Assembly: GCA_965246985.1 (NCBI GenBank)
Contig: OZ251998.1
Coordinates: 6,596,430-6,660,429 of the forward strand
Direction: 5' to 3'
Origin: Candidatus Poribacteria bacterium
GTDB lineage: Bacteria; Poribacteria; WGA-4E; WGA-3G
Length of the DNA stretch: 64,000 nucleotides
The notes beneath the pieces are model-generated. The model was given only the letters and a program-made list of their open reading frames with translations, did no database searches and had not been told where the DNA came from. Positions 47,094 to 54,818 of this stretch are shown here, piece by piece (position 1 is the first letter of the stretch; the number at the start of each line of letters is the position of its first letter). A program made the position numbers and the translations under genes.

Positions 47094-47126
47094 TGTCGCG
47101 AGTTAGGAGGAGAAAGGTGCATAATT
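47094..47126 (-). promoter_or_regulatory. Candidate ECF-type promoter upstream of the second ECF sigma gene
   Basis: Minus strand reads AATTATGCACC-N14-TCGCGACA, about 47 nt upstream of the GTG start. Confidence 0.4.
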
Positions 47127-47228
47127 TTTAAATGGGTGTGCGTTTGAAAGAAAATGTTTGTCGTGGGGTTATGGATAGCACAATCAATAAGCCTTGAAAC
47201 CTTGATAGCGAAAATAGAAATCGAAGTC

Positions 47229-47249
47229 GCGAGCAAAGCTCGCTCCTAC
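47229..47249. repeat. REP-like unit (hairpin + TCCTAC)
   Basis: GCGAGC aaa GCTCGC TCCTAC. The same unit occurs at 16667-16687. Confidence 0.6.
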
Positions 47250-47280
47250 GAAAGAGGATGCGATCGTATACAGTCTCAAC

Positions 47281-48777
47281 TCACTTGACAACCGTACCAT
47301 CAATATGATGCACTGCGACATTGTGGCCACAGAGACTTAGCACCGTTGGAAAGACATCAACCGAACGGATGTACTGTTCTGCGATTGGGTAATTCGTGGC
47401 AAGCGGGATGTGCAAATGCTCCGCAATTAAGGCACCGTGGGTCGCGTGATGTTCCGGTATTTCATAACGGGCGCGTAGGTCATAACCGCTCTCGGCACTT
47501 AGGACAAGGTCGCCGGTTCGCTCACTCTCGAAAATCTGCCACAATTGAACGATGCCATCTGGATGCGGTGTGTCGTAGGTCTTACGTAGGGCTTCGCGTG
47601 AAGACAGATTTTTGTAGTGGGCCCCGTACCCAAGCGGATCTGTCCCGGTGAATTGGTATGAGAAGCGCAGCAAGTCTGCACATTTAGAAGTAGTATGTTC
47701 ACGCTGTAGGTTTCCGTGATCCGTATCCAGTGAGTGGCAAGAGATTCTTCCCTGTCCAGTTCGGCTTTGGACGATAATGTCTCCAGTTTCGCTCTGCCCC
47801 GCGACGAGTCCCAATCCTTCCAATTCAATCAGGGAACCAATGACACCCATTTGATAGAGTTTCTCGAAAGGTGTTCGTTCCCCCCATCCTTTTTCAGCCG
47901 AACTATTTTTAAAATAGAGGTGCGTCATCCCATTTCCAGATACCATACTGGCGGAAACGGCACCTTGCCGCCAAACCTTTGGATAATGCAGACATCGCCA
48001 ACCGCCATCGTCTAAGTGTTGTGGGATATCGATGTGTGTGTGTGTATCACTCATCCCGTGGTCGCTGGTAATCAGAATGAGCGTCTCTTCAAGGGTATTC
48101 GCCTTTTGTAAAGAATGGACGAGTTTACCGACTGCAGCGTCTATATCTCGGTAAGTCCGCATGACTTGTGGTGCTTGCGTGTTAAAGTGGTGTGAAAAGG
48201 TATCGACTGCCGGAAAAAGGCACGTGATGAACTGATCACCCGCTGCAACGGCTTGGTGTAGATGGCGTTCTGCAATCTGATTAACGAACCGCCATCGGTG
48301 CGAAAAATGGGCATAAGTATAAATGAACAGCTTAATCCAGCGCGTCAGATTTTTGGAAGGCGGACACCCACGGGCAAGTAAATTGTAGATATTACTTACG
48401 GGTGAGAAAAAGTTGAACAAGGTAGGGAAATTGGGTGGCAAATCGGCTTCAAAACGCAACCCGTCAATTCCCATATAACTGCAAACGCCAGGACGTTTGA
48501 ACCGATGTGGGGCCTGGAATTTTGATTTGGACAACCACCGAATACCGGGAATATTCGCTGTGCCGGGATACAATCCCATGAAAAACGGGATGAAGGCGGG
48601 ACCCGTTGTTGAAGGGAAGACGGAGACGGCTTTATTCAGACTGCCGCGATCTACTACGTATTTCTTGATATTCGGTAGGTCACCGTTTTCAACCAACGTT
48701 TTAAAGATTTCGTAGGGTGCCCCATCAATTATAATAAAAACAAAACGTTTGAAATACGGCTCGGTTGATTCCATCAC
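47281..48777 (-). CDS. Alkaline-phosphatase-superfamily enzyme (type I phosphodiesterase / nucleotide pyrophosphatase-like)
   Basis: FIIIDGAPYEIF, VFPSTTGPA and ITSDHGM. Confidence 0.8.
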   Translation of the reverse strand: MMESTEPYFKRFVFIIIDGAPYEIFKTLVENGDLPNIKKYVVDRGSLNKAVSVFPSTTGPAFIPFFMGLYPGTANIPGIRWLSKSKFQAPHRFKRPGVCSYMGIDGLRFEADLPPNFPTLFNFFSPVSNIYNLLARGCPPSKNLTRWIKLFIYTYAHFSHRWRFVNQIAERHLHQAVAAGDQFITCLFPAVDTFSHHFNTQAPQVMRTYRDIDAAVGKLVHSLQKANTLEETLILITSDHGMSDTHTHIDIPQHLDDGGWRCLHYPKVWRQGAVSASMVSGNGMTHLYFKNSSAEKGWGERTPFEKLYQMGVIGSLIELEGLGLVAGQSETGDIIVQSRTGQGRISCHSLDTDHGNLQREHTTSKCADLLRFSYQFTGTDPLGYGAHYKNLSSREALRKTYDTPHPDGIVQLWQIFESERTGDLVLSAESGYDLRARYEIPEHHATHGALIAEHLHIPLATNYPIAEQYIRSVDVFPTVLSLCGHNVAVHHIDGTVVK

Positions 48778-48865
48778 GCCTCCCTAAATATGTAGACATT
48801 TATCGGTAGTCCCTGTTTGTGAACACACTGAAACATCGATCATCAAATTGGGGCAAAAGTCCATT

Positions 48866-49123
48866 CTACGAATTCTTTTTTTCGGTGTAGATTTTCCATA
48901 ACCGTTGTGGATTTTCAATAGAGAGACCAACATTGCCACACTCGCCACAGACAGTCGCTCTTAGTGCCTCTCTATGAGCCTGTTTGAAAATCAAGGCATC
49001 AGGGTTCGCCTGCACTTCAACTTCTAAGTCTTCTCGTCCTACACCTGCATCGTAGCGATCCCGAATCCGCAAATTGGGCATAACCTTCTCGGAACCACAT
49101 CTGCCACATTTCATTGTAGCCAT
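48866..49123 (-). CDS. Small zinc-ribbon protein
   Basis: CGRCGS ... CGECGN pairs, 85 aa. Confidence 0.55.
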   Translation of the reverse strand: MATMKCGRCGSEKVMPNLRIRDRYDAGVGREDLEVEVQANPDALIFKQAHREALRATVCGECGNVGLSIENPQRLWKIYTEKKNS

Positions 49124-49596
49124 TTGAGTAGGTCTCCTTATCTCAATATCCTGCTTTCGTTGACTGACTTACACAAACTATTATACTCCAAATTTCAGTT
49201 GATGTCAATCTTCTAATCGCGAAAGAGTGTGTAAATATTTTGTCAAAAGCAGTGCGTCGATACGGATAGCGTTTTTTGCGTTTTCGTTTTGCGTTTTGCC
49301 TCTTTTTCGACGCAGAACGCAAAATGTATGTGTTATCAAGGCAGTGGTCCCGCGGTTTCTTTCATTGAAGTTTGCGTTTTTTTGCGTTTGCTACAATCTC
49401 TGTTATTTCTTCGGAGGCTCTCCGGCGTAGTGCTTTTATAGGGGTTCTGTGTGTCCGCTTGGGTTTTCTGCTTCTGCCTGGGGCGGATGTGAACCTTTTG
49501 CGGACGCAAAATCTGAGAATCCTCTACATTTTACTTATTATAATTATAGTGTGTTTTTGTAGGAATGTCAAATTAATTTTCAAAAGGGCCCCGGGT

Positions 49597-50035
49597 TGAA
49601 CGCAAGTGACACCGAACATGAACGCACGCAGGGCACGGAGACCCTGCGGAACATAGTCGAGACCAACGCACGCAGGGCACGGAGACCCTGCGGAACATAG
49701 TCGAGATGAACGCATGCAGGGCACGGAGACCCTGCGGACACCGAACATGAACGCACGCAGGGCACGGAGACCCTGCGGAACATAGTCGAGAGCAACGCAC
49801 GCAGGGCACGAAAGCCGAAGCCATCCTGCGGAACATAGTCGAGAGCAACGCACGCAGGGCACGGAGACCCTGCGGAACATAGTCGAGAGCAACGCACGCA
49901 GGGCACGGAGACCCTGCGGAACATAGTCGAGAGCAACGCACGCAGGGCACGAAAGCCGAAGCCATCCTGCGGAACATAGTCGAGAGCAACGCACGCAGGG
50001 CACGGGGACCCTGCGGAACATAGTCGAGACCAACG
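49597..50035. repeat. Tandem array of nine hairpin-containing units (41/44/53 bp) plus partial end units. Not CRISPR.
   Basis: The unit is AACGCACGCAGGGCACGGAGACCCTGCGGAACATAGTCGAGAGC. Units start at 49621, 49665, 49709, 49750, 49794, 49847, 49891, 49935 and 49988. Units 5 and 8 carry a longer loop. Blocks 49750-49890 and 49891-50031 form a higher-order 141-bp duplication. Confidence 0.95.
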
Positions 50036-50242
50036 TAAATTGCGTAAGTCCTGATTCAATTGGGGAATGCGGGTGTTGATTGTTTGAAGCGGGGCTCTAC
50101 CGGTTCCTGGAAAGGGGATTCACAGACTTAGAGGATTTGCGGGATTAGAGGGGTGTGTCAGTCAAAAGTGTAGAACTGAAGGGGTTATGATCGGGATACA
50201 TCAGGGTTACAAATCCGTCCGCAAGAGAAAGGGAGCACTTAG

Positions 50243-50842
50243 TGCCAAAAACTTTACACACCCCAAATAGAGGATGTGAAAGCCGCTGTCCGGTGGCTGC
50301 GCGCGAATGCAGAGACTTATCGTTTGGATCCAAACCGGTTTGCAGCATGGGGTTCATCCGCCGGTGGACACTTGGTTGCCATGCTCGGTACAGCAGGCGA
50401 TGTGGATACATTTGAGGTGGGTGAAAACTTGGAGGTATCCAGCAAAGTGCAAGCCGTCGTCGATTACTTCGGTCCCACAGACTTCCTTCAGATGGACACA
50501 CAACGCCTCCCAGACGGACTGGTGCATGACGCACCTGATTCTCCAGAGTCTCAATTGGTAGGTGGACCTATTCAGGAGCATAAAGATCGCGTCGCAAAAG
50601 CGAATCCAATCACATACGTGTCCAAAGACGATCCGCCTTTTCTGATTATCCACGGAGATCAAGACAAACTTGTTCCCTATCAACAGAGTGTGTTATTGAA
50701 AGATGCGTTGGAGGCAGTCGGAGCACCGGTGACGTTTTATAAGGTAGAAGGAGGCGGGCACGGTTGGTTCAGAGATCCGAAGGTTCCAGAATTGACGAAG
50801 GCGTTCCTTGAGCAACACTTGAAACCGACGAAATCTTGGTAG
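50243..50842 (+). pseudogene. Alpha/beta-hydrolase (esterase/S9-like) gene lacking its 5-prime third
   Basis: Starts mid-domain at ...PQIEDVKAAVRWLRANA. GSSAGG (nucleophile elbow), HGDQD and GGGHGW are present. No HGGG oxyanion-hole segment is present, and an in-frame TAG lies at 50240-50242. Confidence 0.65.
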
Positions 50843-50869
50843 ACGCGCTTCTCAACCGCGCCTATACGG

Positions 50870-51484
50870 CTACTTCAGTGTGACTTGGGGATCGTCCTCG
50901 TATGCTGAATCTATTTGAACCAAACGCTGTAAAATGAGACAGAACAGTCCGAACAGAGCTTTTAGTAAAGCAGTCTCCTTGATAACACCGACGCATTCAA
51001 AGTACAACTCATCAACACCTTCAGGAAAATCAGTACCAAACCGGCCTTCATCGTCTTTAATCCTGAGATGGATTCTTGGCTGTGTTTGACACAATTCCTT
51101 TATCCTACCATCAGCAAGCAGCAGTTTGATTTTTTCTGGATTGTTGCCCTTGATTATAAACTGCTTATCAAAAAACGGATCCCTTATTTCTATGTCTTGC
51201 ATACCGAAAAATTTGCCTATTGAACTGAAGAACCCTTCGCGATATATCTTGAAATAGAGACCATCCTTGTTTATAAACGGTGCGCGCATTCGAGTGAGTG
51301 TATGTGATGATGTTCCAGTGGAGATGGTATAAGTATCAAGCAGGATTTGCCATTCCCCGTGTTTATAAATGAGAACGTCCTTGCCCCAGAAGCCGCCCTC
51401 AATGAAATCGCCGCCTATCTCTGTAGCAATCTGTGTCCAAATTTCGTCCTTAGACGGACCGAAAATAGATTTGCGTTTGCCCAT
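50870..51484 (-). CDS. Hypothetical protein
   Basis: I prefer the start at MGKRKSIFG (GGAGGA SD) over the track start at 51535. Confidence 0.65.
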   Translation of the reverse strand: MGKRKSIFGPSKDEIWTQIATEIGGDFIEGGFWGKDVLIYKHGEWQILLDTYTISTGTSSHTLTRMRAPFINKDGLYFKIYREGFFSSIGKFFGMQDIEIRDPFFDKQFIIKGNNPEKIKLLLADGRIKELCQTQPRIHLRIKDDEGRFGTDFPEGVDELYFECVGVIKETALLKALFGLFCLILQRLVQIDSAYEDDPQVTLK

Positions 51485-51547
51485 CTTTCCTCCATAACTT
51501 AGATTTTTAGAAATAGCAGATGAAAACTGCATCAATGAAAAGATGAA

Positions 51548-52228
51548 TTAACGTTTCACCGCGACCGAGACCCCATCACGGAGCGGAATAATCGTCGTGA
51601 ATACATCAGGCGAACTATAGAGAAGTTGTGTTAACTCTCTGACACCGATTGTGGCGGCGTGGAACCACTGCTCCTGCTCATCAAGTCCTTCTGGATTGCT
51701 CCCGGGTTCCTGCGTGACGACGCGCCCACCCCAGATCATGTTATCTGTAATAAACAACCCCCCACTTCTGAGCCGTGGAATCGCTTTCTGAAACGCTTCT
51801 GGATACCCGTCTTTGTCGATGTCGTTGTAGATGATGTCGAACTCACCTTCGGTTTCGTCGATGATTTCGAGGGCATTGCCGACACGATAGTCGATGCGAT
51901 CCGCGATACCACCGCGCGCAAGATACCCCGCTGCGCGATCCGCATTCTCCTGCAAACCGTCTGTACAGATGATAGAGGCTTCCGGTTTTTGCAGTGCTTT
52001 CGCCATCCAATAGGCTGAATAGCCAAAACCTGAGCCCATCTCAAAAATCCGTGTGGGATTCGTCAACAACACCAATTGATGTAAGACCCGCCCAACGAGC
52101 GGCCCCACAATCGGAAATCGGTTTGCGCGTGCGTGTGCTTCCATCTCTGTGAGTACTTCATCGCGTTCGGGGATAATGTCGAGTAGGTAGTCATCAATCG
52201 ACGGGTGAAGAATATCCAAACGTTGCAT
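51548..52228 (-). CDS. Class I SAM-dependent O-methyltransferase (caffeoyl-CoA OMT-like)
   Basis: IFEMGSGFGYSAYWMA (motif I), DIIYNDIDK and a C-terminal ...PLRDGVSV. The start could instead be 52273. Confidence 0.8.
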   Translation of the reverse strand: MQRLDILHPSIDDYLLDIIPERDEVLTEMEAHARANRFPIVGPLVGRVLHQLVLLTNPTRIFEMGSGFGYSAYWMAKALQKPEASIICTDGLQENADRAAGYLARGGIADRIDYRVGNALEIIDETEGEFDIIYNDIDKDGYPEAFQKAIPRLRSGGLFITDNMIWGGRVVTQEPGSNPEGLDEQEQWFHAATIGVRELTQLLYSSPDVFTTIIPLRDGVSVAVKR

Positions 52229-52380
52229 TTTTTTAACCTCGGGCCTTTCTGGTCCGTTTTTTTCCGCTGTCAAAAAACGGATTTCTGGTTACAGTAAATA
52301 CCTCTTTGAACCTAACATAGAAGTCTCATTTAGAAAAGCAGCCGTTTCGGACAACGGACGAAACGCTCCAGATTCCATCG

Positions 52381-53502
52381 TTAAGAATCTCTTTTCCAGC
52401 GTTCGAGTGGGTGTTCGCGTGGCGTGAGCGGCATATAGACACGTGCCTCTTGCCGATGCGATTCCCATGTCGCATGAATCATCTCAAGGCAATCCCGACC
52501 ATCCCTACCACTCGCAAACGGATCACGGTCCTCTTCAATTGCTTCAATCAGGTCGCGTAGCATGAGGCGTTGCAATAGCAACCGTATCGATGCCTTATCT
52601 CGTGGGTTACCTTGTTCGTTGAGGTCTTCGGAGGATAGATGCACGGGTTCCCACGCTTCTGCGGGGGTCTTATGTTGTCCTTTGTGGATGAACATCGTTG
52701 TGCCGACGCTCTCTCGGATAGCGATCCTGCCTTCGGTACCGATAATGTCAATACCGTAGGCGTTATCGTTGGTCTGTGGCTGCGCGATGAACTGGACATC
52801 GGCATGGATACCGTTCTTAAAACGAAACGAAGCGTGTCCACGCTCACCAAGTACAAGTCCCGCGTCGCGATCGTGTGGGTGGACCTCTTGGGTATGTTTG
52901 ATGTCATCAACGGTTGATTGCCGTCCATCCATCTGAACGAGATGTGCGTGTGTCCATTCGACATCACCGCCGAAGAGTCGTAACCAATCGTAGAGATGTG
53001 TACCCATCTCCATCAGCGAATTGCCCACCTTGCGTCCGCCTTTGTCGGTTGCCTGCAGCAATACTACGTCCCCAATTTCGCCTTTTTCAATCAGCGAAAG
53101 AATGTGACGATTGTAAGGACTGGCGCGTTTGATGTGGTTAATGGCAAACTTGACGTGGTGTTGGTCGCAGGTTTCAACCATTTCATCGGCTTCAATCAGG
53201 TTGAGGGCAGTCGGCTTTTCACAGAAGACGTGGATGCCACGCTGTGCCGCCGCGATCGTTGGTGGATGATGCATCGGTGCTTGCGTCGGGATGATGACGA
53301 CATCGGGGTGTTGTTCATCAAGCATTTTTTCGTAGTCGTCATAGATGGCTTTGACACCGAACCGTTCTCCCCATGCTTTTGCCCGCTTTGGGTCAATTTC
53401 TGCCCCAGCGACGAGTTCACATTTCGCTTCTAATTGTGCCGCTTCAGCGTGATGTCCGCCCATGCCGCCTAAGCCGATAATCGCAATACGATAGTTGTTC
53501 AT
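52381..53502 (-). CDS. Gfo/Idh/MocA-family oxidoreductase
   Basis: The Rossmann motif is YRIAIIGLGGMGGHH, and EKP lies in FCEKPTA. Confidence 0.9.
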   Translation of the reverse strand: MNNYRIAIIGLGGMGGHHAEAAQLEAKCELVAGAEIDPKRAKAWGERFGVKAIYDDYEKMLDEQHPDVVIIPTQAPMHHPPTIAAAQRGIHVFCEKPTALNLIEADEMVETCDQHHVKFAINHIKRASPYNRHILSLIEKGEIGDVVLLQATDKGGRKVGNSLMEMGTHLYDWLRLFGGDVEWTHAHLVQMDGRQSTVDDIKHTQEVHPHDRDAGLVLGERGHASFRFKNGIHADVQFIAQPQTNDNAYGIDIIGTEGRIAIRESVGTTMFIHKGQHKTPAEAWEPVHLSSEDLNEQGNPRDKASIRLLLQRLMLRDLIEAIEEDRDPFASGRDGRDCLEMIHATWESHRQEARVYMPLTPREHPLERWKRDS

Positions 53503-54003
53503 GCGTATCTCCGAAGTTTGCCAAAAGGGTTTGTTGGTTTACGATTATCATAGCAACTTCAAAGTCAGAGTGCAACAAAAAAATAGGTGAGTTTGAAACC
53601 GCACTTAGATGGTTTTGCTTGTTTTCAAACACCACACATAGTATCATAATGATACATATATTCTATATCAGAAATCAGAGCGGGGCAAAAGAGTGACGAA
53701 ATACTGACTTCTTTCAACCGCCAGATTGAATGGTTCGCTGACTGAGCACGCGGTAGTGAGTTAACAGCGTGCCATTGCCTTTACGCTTCTTGATAGTTGC
53801 TTGAAAGACAAGGAGAACCACAGCGGATTGTTGGAAAGAAATCGTTGCCTGATTCGTAAGTGAGTAGTAAACGAAGTTCCGTTGCTTCCGATTGGTGGAT
53901 CGGATTGACTTTCACTTGCTCTCGTAGATCAATACTGCAGAGTCTATTGGGGCCCACTCTTCTATCCTCTACTTTCTAATCCGAAAAATAAATAAGGCTG
54001 TTT

Positions 54004-54798
54004 ATGCCTACACTACCAGAACTGCTTTCACAAAGTAAATCGGATATTGAGGAAATTTCAAAGTATTTCAATGAATTACTCGCTGAGGCTATCCAGAGAG
54101 TTAACGCGAATTTTAGTCCTCAACGCTTATCCAAGCGTACCCGTCAGGTAGAACCTCTGCCAACGGATAAGCGTCAATTGTCTAACTATCGAACTCGGAT
54201 TGGGACAATGCTTGAGTACGCTCTCAGCACCGAAATGAATACTATCATCAAAGAGAGGTACGATGATAAGTATTTATTAACTTTTGCTACCGCACATGAA
54301 TATCCTGACTTCTACTTCCGCGATGACACGCTAACTTTGCTGCTTAGAATTGAGATGAAAGCTGTTGATGCTGAATCAGATGAGCAAGCTGCACGCTTCA
54401 GTACACCAACGATATTGATTGATGTTGACAAAGATATGCTTTTATTAATCGGTTGGAAATGGAGGAACTTAGAGCAAGATGGAGAAATTATCGGTGAATT
54501 CCCTTACATCTTTGCTGGTGTAATTTTGTCAGCGGGTGAAATAGCTAAAGAGCGCGATGTACGATTAGAAATAACAAAGGGAAAGATTGAAGGAGGAAAA
54601 GTCCTCGTCTACAGCGAGAAGAAAAAGGAATTTGTGCCTGACCCGGGTAACTATGGAAAATTTTGGCGTATTATTCATCACACCAGACTAAATGCCGAAG
54701 ACCTAAGTGATACAATACGCCAGTTCAAGCACTTCCTCGAAGAAGTTGATGAACATTCGCCTAGAAATCGTTTAGGTAATAAAGGTGATGAAAATTAG
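54004..54798 (+). CDS. Putative Type II restriction endonuclease (PD-(D/E)xK)
   Basis: EYPDFYF ... RIEMK fits PD..ExK. It is convergent with and 20 bp from the methyltransferase gene, in a visibly AT-richer segment. Confidence 0.6.
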   Translation: MPTLPELLSQSKSDIEEISKYFNELLAEAIQRVNANFSPQRLSKRTRQVEPLPTDKRQLSNYRTRIGTMLEYALSTEMNTIIKERYDDKYLLTFATAHEYPDFYFRDDTLTLLLRIEMKAVDAESDEQAARFSTPTILIDVDKDMLLLIGWKWRNLEQDGEIIGEFPYIFAGVILSAGEIAKERDVRLEITKGKIEGGKVLVYSEKKKEFVPDPGNYGKFWRIIHHTRLNAEDLSDTIRQFKHFLEEVDEHSPRNRLGNKGDEN

Positions 54799-54818
54799 GC
54801 ACGAATTCTCCGAGAGTT

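Noticed and set aside
49227-49520. TTTGCGT / ACGCAAAA-rich segment as DnaA boxes or an origin
   Set aside because: The motif does not match the TTATCCACA consensus. No dnaA or dnaN lies nearby. I report it only as context for the tandem array.
49597-50035. Possible CRISPR array (regular repeats with hairpins after an AT-rich leader-like tract)
   Set aside because: The units abut one another with no unique spacers. The 9-12 nt between hairpins are themselves repeated. Unit length is 41-53 bp in total, and no cas genes are present in the window.
49524-50059. Three overlapping minus-strand ORFs (169, 138 and 159 aa) from the track
   Set aside because: They are all three reading frames of the same 44-bp tandem repeat (44 is not a multiple of 3). 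Their repetitive Cys/Arg-rich translations are an artefact of stop-free repeat DNA.
53503-54003. tRNA gene or att site flanking the R-M module
   Set aside because: I found no GGTTCGAA-type T-arm or cloverleaf-compatible segment by eye here or elsewhere in the window. I found no direct repeats flanking 54004-57234.
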